DNA of 63,733 nucleotides, the filler included, from Cercozoa sp. M6MM (Eukaryota > Protista > Endomyxa: Ascetosporea): assembly GCA_040357565.1 (NCBI GenBank). It is 9 parts of 9 records of this genome, joined end to end, with 100 filler letters (N's around TTAATTAATTAA, not from the genome) between each part and the next. Parts side by side here need not be neighbours in the genome. Positions count along the whole stretch, not along the records: positions 30,521 to 33,856 come from JBDODJ010001497.1; positions 33,957 to 39,958 come from JBDODJ010000806.1; positions 40,059 to 44,340 come from JBDODJ010001182.1; positions 44,441 to 58,532 come from JBDODJ010000338.1; 5 more parts are not named here. One strand, 5' to 3'. Below are positions 32,961-46,407 of this stretch, piece after piece (position 1 is the stretch's first letter; each line of letters starts with the position of its first letter). The position numbers and the translations under genes are program-made. A model generated the notes under the pieces. It was not told the origin of the DNA and did no database searches. It saw nothing but the letters and a program-made list of their open reading frames with translations.

Positions 32961-33856
32961 CTAACGGAGGAATTTCTCGTGGTGCTGTCCGAGGATGCGT
33001 GCACTGCTGCGAGCGTCCAGGAAGAGCGTGGCAGCGTCGCTGACGTCTTGCTGCGTCACTGTGTCGCGGCCGGCTGTTTTCATTATTTTACGGGGAGTGG
33101 ACAGATAACAGTGCTTGATCATTATTATTGAAGACGTACCAGCCTGCGCGAGCGTGGCACACGGCGACAACAACTGCACCGAGTAGCGCAGCGAACGCTC
33201 GGCGCCCAAAGAGGCCAGCGCTTGCAACGCGTCGTCGGCAATCTTCTGTGCTCGGGGGGGGGGGGGGGAAGCAAGGTAAAGATAGAGAGGGAGACGGTAA
33301 AATACAAGTTTCTCAGCAGTGGCACGCAGGCGCAGAATGCGGCTAACCTCGTCCATGCTGTACGGCTTGGTGGCGATCAACATCTGGGGTAGGCACAGAG
33401 GGGTACACAGAGAGTTAAGGGGGGTAAGGTAAGGGATAAACTACCACACGCTGCAGCAGATCGCGCGGAATGCCGTGTGGCTCCGACACATCCGTGCCTC
33501 GTACCTAAACATGAGGGTAGGTAGGTGGGTTGAGGGGGTTAGGGGGGAGGTGATAAAACCTTGCAGTGACCGCGGTTGGTCGCAAAGACCACAATCGGCG
33601 CGAGCGGCGATTCCAAGGCTGGCGTAAGGGGTAAGGGGATAGGGGAGAAGGGTAAGGGGATAGGGATAAGGGGTAAGGGGATAGGGATAAGGGGTAAGGG
33701 TATAGGGATAAGGGGTAAGGGGATAGGGATAAAGGGTAAGGGATAGGGAGAAGGGAAAGACGTACCTTTGTTAAGGAAAGAGAAGCACTCAATATCGAGC
33801 AGCGATACTTCGTCGATGAAGAGCACGCCCGGCACCAGTTCCGCAATGCCTCTGTC
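32961..33856 (-). CDS. RUVBL1: RuvB-like 1 (Pontin), 3' fragment
   Basis: [64 protein letters not shown]. Confidence 0.9.
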
Positions 33857-34218
33857 NNNNNNNNNNNNNNNNNNNNNNNNNNNNNNNNNNNNNNNNNNNN
33901 TTAATTAATTAANNNNNNNNNNNNNNNNNNNNNNNNNNNNNNNNNNNNNNNNNNNNCACAACATGCAAACAGAAAAAACAAAACACCCCCGACGAAAAAA
34001 AAAACCGATCACGCAAATCACGGATCACATTGCAGCCGCAGCATGCAGGCATAAGCCCCACGGCAAACAGCCGTGCATCCTCGCTGCACAAGAATGTGTG
34101 GTGGGTTTTTTGGGACTGATGATACGATGGTACTGTAATTCACCGTCAGCTCAAGTTTGCTGTGGTTTGCTGACTGGTCAAGCTGATCGTTTTTGTTTTT
34201 AAAACTCAATTTACTTAT

Positions 34219-36376
34219 TTACTTAGTATGCATGCCGTCAATCAGGTTGTCTGAGTTCTGGTGCTCCGCGCGGAAGTCACATTCGGCGCTCAGATGGGCT
34301 CGCCGTGACTCTTGGCGAGTCGGCGGAACTCGGCCGGGAAGTGCCGCCGAACGTAGCCGGATTTCGTGGTCAAAGGCATCATTGGCAACAAGGCGCGCTG
34401 TGTGCAGTTGTATCATACATATCCACACACATAAAGCTAAAGGAGAGGGAGGGGTTACTTGCATTCGACCAGGGAAGGCCAGCGACAGAGCAACGGCAGC
34501 ACCCACAACTGGAGGGACATCCATACACACCTAGACATATATGCATACTCGGGTACCAGCCATGCTGCCCCAGGTGATGGCATAGGCCGCGTGCTTGGCC
34601 GGATCGATCGCGACTTTCTGGAGTTGCGAGGCGCCTCGTCTCACCAGTGCAATCTACACAGACCAACAGGTAGTAGGGTAGTCAGGTAGCAGGGTAGTAG
34701 GGTAGATAGTAGGGTAGTAGGGTAGATAGTAGGGTAGGTGGGTAGGCAGTAGGGTAGGTTGTAAGGTAGGTAGTAGGATAGTAAGGCAGGTAGGAGGTAC
34801 AGGATGCGACTCGGGATTGTCGTCGATCATCTCGAACAGAATGATGTCCTCAGGGTCGGGTATCCTCGCGGAAGTCGCTTTCTTCGTTTCTGTCGACACG
34901 AAGTGCTGCATCTCCTTCGCACTGATCATCGGCATCAGCGTGTGCACCTCCGTCTTCTGGGCTGCGTGTGTGCACAGTTATACCCCCCTGTTTACCCCCC
35001 CTATTTACCCCCTGTTTCCCACTACCTTTGCGTGCCTGCGTGAGCATGAGCTGCTTGTCGCATCCGCGCGCACTCACGATGATTTCCTGCGCGCCTTCGT
35101 CGCTATTTTCGTGCGTCGACATGGCCAGTGCGTCCAGCACGTTCGATGGCGCGTGGTGCAGTGTGTCACCTACACGCGTCCGCGCGGAGACACAAATACA
35201 ACAAAACAACAAAATACAGCAAAAACAAAACAAAACAAAAACAAAACAAAAAGACACAACAAACAACAACAAAAACAACAAACAACAATAAAACAATAAA
35301 ATACAAAAAACAACAACAACAAAAAACAACAACAACAGCAACAACAACAACAAACAACAAAATGTACCTGGCATCGGCGCCCATCCTCGCAGAACCCACA
35401 GACGTCTCTGAGGGGGAGGGGGGGGGTTAAGGGGGGTAGGGGGTAAATGTGGCTGGTAGGGGTAAATAACCTCATTCAAAGGCGCTTCTGGCGGCACGTC
35501 CGCGCGGAAGAAGGGTGTCAACACAAGGTAGCCTGGTCGTTGCTTATCACCCGATGACATTATATTGTCCTGACAGGCAAGGGAAGGTAAAGGGCGCGCG
35601 GGGGGGGGGGGGGCAAAACTCAAATACATCGCGCTGGCGTGCTTTGTCGCTCCCGGCCTGTTTCCGCACCGGTGTCGATCGCGGTCCCACCAGCACCTGA
35701 AGGGAGGGGGGTAAAGAGGGGGGGGGGGGTAAAGAGGGGGGTAAAAGGGAACTAAGAAACCACACACACACCTGATGCGAGTAGTCGAAACGACCGGTAA
35801 CTTTCCAACGACGCTGGCGCAATTTGTGAATATCGAAAAACGGCGCTACTAACTCGTCCTTTGACGATCCCACACGCTCTGTGTCCTTAAAAATGCTCCC
35901 AAAAGGCAGTTTCTGCGGCCGTTCGCGCAACTGACGCTCCATCTGACCTGTGTCAGTCAGACAAATACGAAAAATCAACTGCCGAAATACCAAAGACGAT
36001 TCACTTGCTTAAATCAGGACATGCACACAGAAACGAACCAATCACTCCGATTTTCCATTGACGACGCTCGAGTTGCCAACTGCAGATAATTTTTTTGCGT
36101 GTTAAGGGGGCCGTGGCTTTTAACAACCAGACTGTACCGACACAGAAATACGCCGAGAATTGAGATCATGCCAAAAGCCGCAGCAGCCACTGGGTGCACA
36201 TTCCTCGTCCGATACAGTCGGTCCACAATCACCTTGTCCAAGTCTCGCTCTACAAGTCGCATACACAACCATTTAACAAAGCAGTTCTCAACATTGGGCA
36301 GTCGCAAAGAGAAATAACCGAAAGTGCTACGAAGGCGCACATTTCGCGCGCGCGACACAGCATGCCGCATAAACAT
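34219..36376 (-). CDS. SURF1: SURF1/Shy1 cytochrome c oxidase assembly factor
   Basis: Presequence, TM followed by WQLERRQWK, KVTGRFDYSHQ|VLVGPRS, GYLVLTPF, VLRGWAP, HLCYAITW. Confidence 0.85.
35191..35361. repeat. (CAA/CAAAA)n low-complexity intron of SURF1
   Basis: Seen directly. Confidence 0.9.
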
Positions 36377-36588
36377 GGAACTCAGCACGTGTTCACACAG
36401 TACGTCGCGCTCCGAGATCTCTCAAGCACGGCCGATCGGTAGTGACGCACCCTTAAGTGAACAACGTCTGACCCGCGAGAAGGTGCCACACTATCACAGG
36501 CGTTGTGTATTGTCGGTACGTTAGCCCTGGCAGCATTTCTGTGCATAGGCAGCGGAAAAGTTTTTTTGTGTCGCAGCCAGCGCATCGC

Positions 36589-38824
36589 ATGATGCTGAAG
36601 CGAGTTGCCACGCACGCGTGTGGCCGCCGGCATGCTGCGGGTGCTGCTGCTGCTGCTGCCAAAGAGTCGGCTGGCGTCGAGCTGCCGCCGCTGCCCGAGT
36701 TCGACATTTCGCGCGTACTGATCACTTTCATTTTTTTTGTGTATTACGCTGTATCCGCGCGGACGGTGTAGAACCAAGGTGGAGTCCCAACGTTGAACCC
36801 GATCTGGGTCATGAAGAAACGCAAGATTCTGCCGGTACCCTAAGAACACTGTGGCACAGCTCTGATGGCAAATTGATGTCGATTTCAGTCGCACACCGAG
36901 ATTCGCCTCCTGTCGGCTCCGTCAAATCTGAGTCGTCCTTTGGGTGCTTTACTGTGATTGCTTAACCGTGTACGAAACGACTCACGATGCTTTGGCCTAA
37001 CAGGTGGCGTCCCGCAGACCTGGGTGCACTCGGTGCAGCAGGAGTTCTTGCACGCGCATGAGCAGAAGGAAGCTCCGGCCAAGTCGGTACTTTATCTGCG
37101 CACTATTTGACTGACTAAACGAAGCGAAACTAAAGAAAAACCCTTTTTTTTCAGATGATGGAGCTCTCGCCGGCGCTGTTCAACGTTGATCCAGTTTCGG
37201 CCGAGTTGATTTCGCAGGTGTCTTTCTCTGTCGATGTGATTGCATTGTTTGGGTCACTGTGGTTCTTGACAGGTTGTCACGTGGCAACGCGCCTCGTGGC
37301 GTCAAGGTACGCACGTGACGCGCACGCGTGCCGAAGTGCGCGGCGGTGGAGCCAAGCCGTGGCGACAGAAGGGCACTGGCCGTGCTCGTCACGGCTCGCG
37401 TCGTTCGCCGATCTGGTAGACTTCGCACCCCTTGCTTTAGCCTTGCTTTAACCTTGCTTTAGTCTTCGTATTTGCTTTACTCGCTGAAACATAGGGTGGG
37501 CGGTGGTAAGGCCTTCCCCAAGTACATGCGCGACTACTCGTACGACCTGCCGATCGTGATGCGACAGCAGGTGTGTTGTCTTCTTGCTTTAGACTTTTGG
37601 ATAGATTTGACAGTTTCTAAAAGTTAAAACAATGCTTTAATTGAAACGTGTGCGCGAAAACAGGCGTTGAAGCATGCGCTGACACTCAAGTTCCGCGAGA
37701 ACAACTTGCGATTCGTCGATGCTCTCGAGTTCTCGTGGTAGCTTGACTTTGCCAGCTTTTGACTGACCCTTCATTGCGCACACGAATAGGTTTGACGAGG
37801 CCTACGAGCAGGGTCTGCTCGATCAGTTCCAAACGGCCGAGGATGCCGAGTCTGGCGATCTGGAGGTCTTGCGACAGATGCACAAGCGCGACACGGTCAA
37901 GAAGGTGCTCACGCGTCTGCTGAAGAACACCGATGTCGCCAAGGCTGGGTACTTTGCTACTTAAGCTCTGCTTTCGCTGGTTTCGCATTTATTCAACACT
38001 TCTCACCTCAGACTACACCAAGACGACCGTGTGTTGCTGGTCACTGGTGTGTTTCTCTCACTTGACTGAGCAAAATGTCAGATTGCAAAAAAAAAACGGT
38101 AGGTGGCTCTGGCCAGCCTGAGACGGAGCGACCGCCATGGCAGAAACGTTTTGGCCCGTCTCAACAGCGTGACCCTGTCGTATGATTTCTTCTCGCATCC
38201 TTTCATTATTTTTTGGATTTGAAGAAACGCCCTTTTGAATCGATTATTTGTCTCGAATGAAATAGGATGTGTGCCCGGTGCTGCAAGGTGCCGTCGATGA
38301 CTCGCCTGCCGTTTCTTTGGTGAGTTGTGTCATCCAGTTTTTTTTTTTTGTGTTTTCTTAACGATGTGTGCAGATCAGTGTTGAGGACCTCAACTGCTAC
38401 GACATGCTGCTGCACCGCGTTGTTGTGGTAGGTTTTGCAAATCGTTGCAAGCTGATATGCTTTGTTTACTTGAGGTTTTTAGTTTGTGTGTTTTTTATGT
38501 TTGCGCGAATGATAGTTTGACAAAACGGCGCTGGAGCGACTCGAGGACGATTTGTGCGACAAGATGGTACACAAGAGGAAGTCTTTGTGTGTCTGTGTGT
38601 CTGTGTCTGTCTGTGTGTGCTGCAACTGGAAGTATGATGCAGTTCCTCGAGCGATGGAACGCGGGCGCTCGTCTGAACCGCGCGTTGCAGGTGTGTGTGA
38701 CTTTACCCCCCCCCCCCCCATATTAATCTATTGTTAATCTAACAGGGCATGTTCGCGCGACGTGCCAACTTTGACGAGGCCGACAACTCGCATCTGCGCA
38801 TCGACCTGCCCACCAAGGTATTAA

Positions 38825-38856
<32 letters not shown>

Positions 38857-39271
38857 GTAATCTAGGTATGTGGCTTACATACATGTAATTTAATAGGAGG
38901 AAGCCGAGTGGACCAAGGCAGTCACGGCGCACGTGTCAAATATGGTGTTCGAAGCCGTGGTGCCCAAGGAGATCCAAGAGGTACCCTTGTCTCTCGTGTG
39001 TATCTTTATCGGGAGACTTGACTTAATGAGACTTGAGCAAATGATTGCGTGGCTGTGGCAGCACGTGGCGCCTGCGCACGTCTACCGACAGATGCAGCAG
39101 CAGGCCGACGGCATGCGCGCCGAAGACGGCGACCAGAGCGACTTGATGCTGTACCAGCAGCAGGAGGAGCTGCAGCACAGCAGCACGCTGGACGACGACA
39201 ACAGCGTCACACTGCACGACGTCGAGCGACTCATCCAAGAGCAGTGGCACGGCCTGCCCGACGCCGAGTAG
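36589..39271 (+). CDS. MRPL4: Mitochondrial ribosomal protein uL4m with a long C-terminal extension
   Basis: [48 protein letters not shown]|[16 protein letters not shown]. Confidence 0.88.
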
Positions 39272-39406
39272 ACCAACTGCGCTGCCCCCTGAGGACAGTT
39301 CCTTCAAGTCTAGAATTCTTAGAACTGGGTCGACCTTGTACCATTTGGACAAAGCTAGGACACAGCCGGAGCCACGTAGTGGGCGAGCAATTTGTTGCCG
39401 TACGGC

Positions 39407-39849
39407 ATCTACTGTATCCGCGCGGAAGCAACCCTACAACTTATGAAACCTCAAGAGGGGCATGGTAGATTTTGCAACTGAACTCAAAGAAGAGCTCTCT
39501 CGACCAAGTAATCTGATCTCTCCAGGACCAGTTGTCTCCTCTTCTTCACACCAACTCAAGGACTGCTGAACCCTCACTACCCAGTTCTGACGACGCCTTT
39601 CCGTGAACCCTAACTGACTGTCCTTCCTACTGACAAAAAACACTGACGGGTGACTTTCCCGTCCACCAGTGCTTCGCCGCCCCAGCTGAACCGTTGGGGT
39701 AACTCATTCTTTCAAGTGACACTTGGCCACTCTCCCTCCAAGAACTGACTTTCTTACGTTCCTTAGTTTTTTGTACCACTGACAAACACCCTCAATATTC
39801 ACCAAAGCCTAATCCCTCTCTGAGAGGGCTGCTGTAACAGTTCAGTCGC
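39407..39849 (-). repeat. Dispersed ~440-bp element, copy B (homologous to 11123-11521)
   Basis: The reverse complement shares the ordered blocks listed for copy A, including the terminal GCTTCCGCGCGGATACAGTAGAT. Confidence 0.85.
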
Positions 39850-39885
39850 ATACGTGGCTGCAAGAATAAAACACACTTCGGTAAG

Positions 39886-39933
<48 letters not shown>

Positions 39934-40058
39934 ACACACACAAACACACACACAAAACNNNNNNNNNNNNNNNNNNNNNNNNNNNNNNNNNNNNNNNNNN
40001 NNTTAATTAATTAANNNNNNNNNNNNNNNNNNNNNNNNNNNNNNNNNNNNNNNNNNNN

Positions 40059-40097
<39 letters not shown>

Positions 40098-40106
<9 letters not shown>

Positions 40107-41461
40107 GTGTGTGTGTAGGAGTGCAAGGTACGAGGCCGAGATGCCAAGCTCGCCACGTTCCTCCTCCAGGTCGACCGGAGCACCCGGAGCTCGCCGCGAC
40201 GGTTCCGACGGATGAGCACCCTCGTCGTCGCGCATCTGATCCGACGGCTTCATCGGCTACAGCACACTCATATTTCAGCCAGTATGTCACAAGGGGAGAA
40301 AAGGTCAAACCTCTCCGCGCGGAAGCGCCGCGACATCGAAGCCGCTCATGGCGTTGTTGACGGTGGCGGCATTGGTGGCCACGTTGCTGATCTGACGGAA
40401 CTCGATCGTGCGACCGCAGATCTCCATGCCCTCCAGCTCACGGCGACACACCTGTGTGTGGGGGGGGGGGGGTAAGGGTCAAGGGAGGAGGTGGGGTAGG
40501 GGGTAAAACCTTGGCCTCGCCAGCACGACAGAACTGCACTTCGACCTCGCCGCAGAAGTCCTGCTCACCGTCGTCGCCATGTTGCTGCGTCTTGTAGGTG
40601 AAGTCCTCCAGGTCGCCGAACGCAGCGAACAGCGGCTTGATCTCGTCGGGCGAGAAGCCCGAGTAGAAACCGCACGCCACCAGACGCAGGGGCATGTTGT
40701 CTTGCCTGGTGAGAGGGGAGGGGGGTAAAGGGGTAGGGGGGTAAGGGGGTAAGAAAGCAAATACTTGGCCCTCTCGAACTCTTCGCCTTCGACACTCTGC
40801 GTCGCCTGCACCGTCACCGGGATGCCCGCAAGCTTGTGTCCCGTGAAAGCGATCGCGACCGGCACGGCATCGATATCGTGGAACTCCACGTAACCCAGCG
40901 AGCGCGACTTGTTTCTGCATTAGCAAAGCTTTAAATTTCACAAGTATTCAAAGCGAAAGCTAAGATTTCGAAATTGTCTCAAGATCAAAAGCGAAGAGCT
41001 TACGTGGCATGGTCGCGCAGAATGTGCACATCGCGCACCTTGCCAGCCTGTAAAGAAAGAAAAGCACGAGTGAAAGGAAAGCACGTACAAAGCGAAAGCT
41101 ACCTGCGAGAAGAACTTGAAGACTTGCTTCTCGTTGAGCTTGGGACTGAAGTTCGAAATGAACACTGTCAGCGACTGTCGCTGCGCGCGAGTCAGTCGCG
41201 GACTGAAACGCCAAGCTTTTAGAAACACAGCAATGACAGCAAAATCATAAAATGAAAACTACCTCGGACTGCGATGACGGTGTCTGCTGCTACTGCGGTC
41301 GCGGCTGCGGCGACGACGCGAGCGCGATCTGCGTCTGCAGAGAAAAAACGCTGGTCGATTGACGCAGATAATAGAACTCAAAAAACGCACCGGCGACTAC
41401 GGCTGCGGCGACGGTCGCGGCTGCGACTGCGCCGACGGTAGCTTCTGTCGTACTCCGCCAT
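40098..41461 (-). CDS. RBM39: RBM39/CAPER-like splicing factor (RS domain plus RRMs), 5' fragment
   Basis: MAEYDRSYRRRSRSRD.., TVFISNF, FFSQ|AGKVRDVHILRD, SRSLGYVEF, TGHKLAGIPVTVQATQ, second RRM LFAAFGDLE. Confidence 0.8.
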
Positions 41462-41747
41462 GGTTTTTTGGTTTTTGGTTTTTTGGTTGATTTGAAAAAA
41501 CCAGCGTCAACAAATCGACAGCTTCCCGATGGTGCCTCCAAGACAGCTAGAAAACTGTCACAGCTTGCCTCGGGCACTGGGGACAGTGTTGTGGGCCGAA
41601 TGCCGAAGAACAGTGTTGTATTTTTGGCTACTATTATGTACAGCGCGAGTATTATTGTACTTGGACGTAGGCTTAAAAATTGTGACGACAACAAACGCCG
41701 CTACTAGACAGTGTTGACGTGCGCAGGAGTGGTTTGGTACTTTGAAG

Positions 41748-44283
41748 TCACTATGTCAGCGCCAGCCACGGTACAAAGTTGTCCTCGACGGTCGAGAAGG
41801 TTTTTGTTCTGCAATTGATTTATGTTGACCGTTATGGGCAGGATTTGGCGGCGCTGCGCGCATCGTTGCGCGAAAAGAACGAAGCCGCATGGGAAGAGAA
41901 AGAAACCCCAACGAAGAAGCTGGACTCGTCGCTTAAAAAGGTGCGTTTCTCCGGTGTTTCGATTTTTGGAATGTTTGGATTGTGTTGCTTCATTCAGGTG
42001 TCTGCCTTCAAACGGCGCGTTTCGTCCCTGGGCGAGTCAATCACGGTGACTGACAGTGTGATTGAGTCGCTTCTGGCCGATTTTGCTTCCCTGAACCTGC
42101 GACGTTATGTTGATGAACTGGTACTTATTAATTTTACTGTTGGCTTTTGCAGCAGTGTTTTGCTTTGTTGCTTCGAGTGTCCCGTTGATTTGATTGCTTT
42201 TGCAGGCCGAAACGATCGCCTGCAAGCTACCACTGAAAAACGAAAAGGAAGTATCAGCGGCGTTGCAGCTCGCTTCGGCGATTCACCGTCGCTACGACGA
42301 GTTCGCCGATGTGCTGAAGCAAAAACTGCTCACTTCGCTCAACCCGGTTTCTTCTTTGTCCGTGCTGTATCATTTTTAAAGCATTCAAAGTTTATGCCTG
42401 CTTTTCAGAGCACTCACAATGCCGAAGCCTTGTTTGAAAGCATCTGTCCCAAATTCAAAGAGTACTTTGAGTTTTTTTTAATTCTTGGCGTGTTTTTTAC
42501 TCGCCACTGCAGGGAGCAGCCGTGCGGCGAACTTGACGACAAAAGCAACGAGCGCAAGCTTTTGAGCAATTTGCGCATCAAGCAGGTGCTTTTTCTTCAG
42601 CTGTTGGATTCCTGTTATTCCATCAATTTCAATGTTCACACAGTCCCGTGCGCTTGCGTTGTTGACCCACTGCGCACTGTGCGCTTTGGTTGAAGGTGTG
42701 CTTTGCTTTTGTTGTCTCGGGTGGTCCAGTTGTTGTTTTTGCTTTAAAATCTCCGCAAACCCAGGCAAAGAAACGATCCTAGCGAAACTCGCGAGTTTCT
42801 TGGTCAAGTCGGATCTGAAGTCGCTCAAGCGGCGTTTCACAAAAGAAGCGGAACGCGAAAAGGTTTCGCTTCGGCACGCCGATCGAGTTGCTTCACTCGC
42901 CTTCAACGACGCCGCGTTGCGTTTTGATGCGTCGCTGTCCCACCTGCCTGTAAGCTTTTGATGTTTGCAGCTTTACTGTGGTAGTCTGATTGAGAGTGAA
43001 ATGGGCTTTTTATGTGTGGGCACATGTGCGCAGTTGCTTTTGGAGATGGCGCAAGTGCTGCTGGATTCAACGAACGAAAAAACGAAGAATCTCAAGATTC
43101 TCGCCGAATTTCGCGAGCACGCGGCGACGTGGGCGAAACTGCTGCGTTGGGTAAAGCAAGCGCTTTCTTCTAACTTACTCTTTGTCATTTTCCCGATCCT
43201 CTTTGTGCTCTCGCAGATGTACCTTTCGAAACACCGCTTGAATTACGTCAACGAGCAGACTCGTTTCGCCAAGGTAAAGCAGCCCACTTCACGGATCAAG
43301 CTGAGGTTCAGTTTGTTCTTTTTCGTGTTTAGGGCGGCGAGATTGCCGAGTGGCGTGTCCAATTGAGTGAGCTGGTGACTCAAAACGCAAGCAAGCTTGA
43401 GTCGCTGCTGCGTCGACTGTTCGACTTGTCGGAACTCGAACTGGGGTGCTTTTTGAAATTGACAGCTTTCAGTTCTTAATTCAAGTTGTGTTGCTTTGCA
43501 GTGATCTGGAAGAAGAGACAGAACGCGCACACTTGGAGGACGTGCAGGAGGTCGAAGATGCCACGTTGGTGCTCAAGGACGACATCGCACTGGAGGATGA
43601 TGCCGCATTCGCGAGTACAGTGTTATTCTAAGTGTGTTGGGAGAAACGCTCCAGCGGTTGAAACGCTGATGTTAATTCTGTGTGACAAATTAAAACAGAT
43701 AGCGAAGAGCGCAAGTTCTACACTGGTACTGGTTGGCCCCTATCCTCGTTATCCCCTTAACCTCCTGCGCCTGTAGACATCCCGGACCTACGCGAGAGGC
43801 TGTCAGCCGAGTTGTTCGGCGGTCGTGCCAAGAAGTCGGTGATCGCTGATACGCAGGTGAGTCAGAATGACGACGGTGAGGCAGTCGGTGAGGGCGATGA
43901 CGGTTCTGGCGACGGTTCCGGCGACGGTGACTGGGACGAGATCGATCAGGAGCACGCCGAACTGATCGGCGACATTGAGGACATCAGTGATGGTTCGGCT
44001 GACGGTGACGGTGTGATCGATCAGAGCGATCAAGATCAGGCCGAGACAGATGATGACGAAACCGTCATTGACGAGAAGCACGGTTTCGAGGGCGGCGACG
44101 ACGAGGAGGACCGACTGCTGCAGCTGCTGCTGGCCGAACGCAGCGTTCGCACCAACAACAACAACAACAAGGAGAAAAACAACAACAGCGAGAACAACAA
44201 CAACAACAAGAAGGAGGAGGAGGAGGAACAGGAGAAACAACTCGGCGGCATGCAGTTGTTGCTGCACAATCTGTGCAATGCCA
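41748..44283 (+). CDS. UPF2: Nonsense-mediated decay factor UPF2, 5' fragment (start uncertain)
   Basis: KKLDSSLKK|VSAF, LNLRRYVDEL, IHRRYDEF, EERKFYTDIPDLRE match UPF2 MIF4G-1 region motifs. Confidence 0.8.
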
Positions 44284-44451
44284 GGTTGCTTTACCCCCCT
44301 GTTTACCCCCCTGTTTACCCCCCACTTTACCCCCCCTGTTNNNNNNNNNNNNNNNNNNNNNNNNNNNNNNNNNNNNNNNNNNNNTTAATTAATTAANNNN
44401 NNNNNNNNNNNNNNNNNNNNNNNNNNNNNNNNNNNNNNNNCCCTAAGAATC

Positions 44452-46068
44452 ACCTTGGACGGGAAAGCGACGCCGTAGATGCGCTGCAGCGACTCCTGCT
44501 CGGCGTCGTTGTGCCAGTAGGCCGAGGAGTTCTTGAGCACCTTGAACGCCTTGATAAGCTTCGTGTTTGGCAGGTGAGGGCCACGACACAAGTCCACCAG
44601 CGGGCCGCATCGGTAGGCAGTCACCACGGCACCGTCTGGGATGTTGTCTGGGGAGGGGGGATAAGGGAGGTGGAGAGGGTAGGACATGGTAGAACAAAGC
44701 ATAGGACACAAGCATAGGACATAAGCATACTGGCCACAGTCTCCTGCTTGAACTTGTTGAACTTGAACATCTCGAGAGCCTGCTCCTTGGTGAGCACGAT
44801 GCGCTCGAAGGGCTGCTTGGCCTTGGCAATCTTGCTGGCCATGCTCTCCACGCTGCCGTAGTCCTCACCCGACACGGCCTGGCCCTCCAGGTCGGCCGAG
44901 TAGTAGAAACCGTCCTCACGTGCCGGGCCGAATGTCAGCTTGCCGCCGTACCTAAGGAAGGGGATAGGCGGGGGAGGGATGGGGGCTAAGGCCTAAGGTA
45001 CAGTCGCTCCATGCACTGGCCCATGACGTGAGCCGACGAGTGCCAGAAGGTCTCGCGACCATCCTCGCTGTCGAAGTCGCACAGCGTCAAAGCGCAATCG
45101 AACTCGAGCGGTCGCATCAGGTCCCACAGCTTGCCCTCGCTCTCTACACGACGCAGCCTTAATAAGTGGGCGCACCTTTAAATACATTAAGGGAACTGAG
45201 GGTACCCTTCTTCTTTTTGCCGGCATCGGCGGCGCCGTCAAAGTCGATGTCGTCCTCGATGTCGTCGTTGGACTCGGCGGCTCCGGCCAGCGGCACGACG
45301 CGCGCCACGACGAACTTGCTCGGCAGACGCAGCTCCTCCATGATCGACAGCGGCGTCGTCGCAAAGGCCGTGGCCTCCACCTCGCGGCCTGTGCAAGAGG
45401 CATAACCATGACACATAACACATGACACACACATCGCGTAGGCCAGGGGAGACTGCGAAACTACCATCTGGCATGACGACCTTGATGGGCGCACGCTTGG
45501 CCTCGTGCTGCGCGGCCTGCTCGGCTAGGATGGCCGAGAACATGGCGTCGCGGTGACGAATGTACTCGGGCCACGTGTCCGGCGCGCCGGCGCACTTGTC
45601 CGTGAGGTGCGAGGCATTGCTGCCCTTGGCCTTCTTGCCCTTCTTGCCGCCCTTGGCCTTCTTGGACTGCTGCTTCTTGGGTGCGCGCTCGGCCGCCTCG
45701 GCCGCCGCCTGCTGCGGCTGCTGCTCCTCCTGTGCAAAGACAGCACCGGCATCATGCGAGAAACACCGTCGGCCTGTAGCCTGTGCTGTAGCCACCGACG
45801 GCTGTGCTGGCCGCTGGAGCGACATCGAGCCGCGCGGCTGCAATCTCAGTGCACGCACCGCTTGCAGCGACAAGGCACGCCGCGAACTCACGCTGCGACG
45901 CGCGATGTCGCGCAAGCTGCGCCCTGCGACACCGCCGGCCAGATTGCTGGCCAGATTGCTGGAGAGATTGCGACGCGCGGCCGAGTCGCTCCCAGCGACC
46001 GAGCCACCCCCGCTAGCGCCACGTGGCACACTGCGCGGCCTCACACACGCTGCTGCCACTCGCCGCAT
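44452..46068 (-). CDS. TARS: Threonyl-tRNA synthetase, 5' fragment (long N-extension, TGS and editing domains)
   Basis: [74 protein letters not shown]. Confidence 0.95.
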
Positions 46069-46407
46069 GCCCTCAAGTGCACGCACACACCACCAAGCTC
46101 GACAGCAAGGGCCAAAAAGCGCTGTGGATTGGATTATCTCCCCCCAAAACAATCAAACAAGCTTTTTCTGCCCTCGCGGGCCTTTCGTTTTACAACCTCT
46201 GTACCTGACTCATGAATAAGAACGCCGTGGAGATGCGTGAAAGTGACGAGAGAACTTGAGTGCGCTGTAGCCGTTCAACTTTTCGATTTTCCTGTCGGCT
46301 CATCCGGCTCTGCATTGAGCCCATAAAACTGAGCGCGGATTTCGTCTGCCCTCGCCTTCCTCGCACGCATCTGGCAGCACGGACAGTGAAGCCGTTGTTG
46401 ACGCAAC

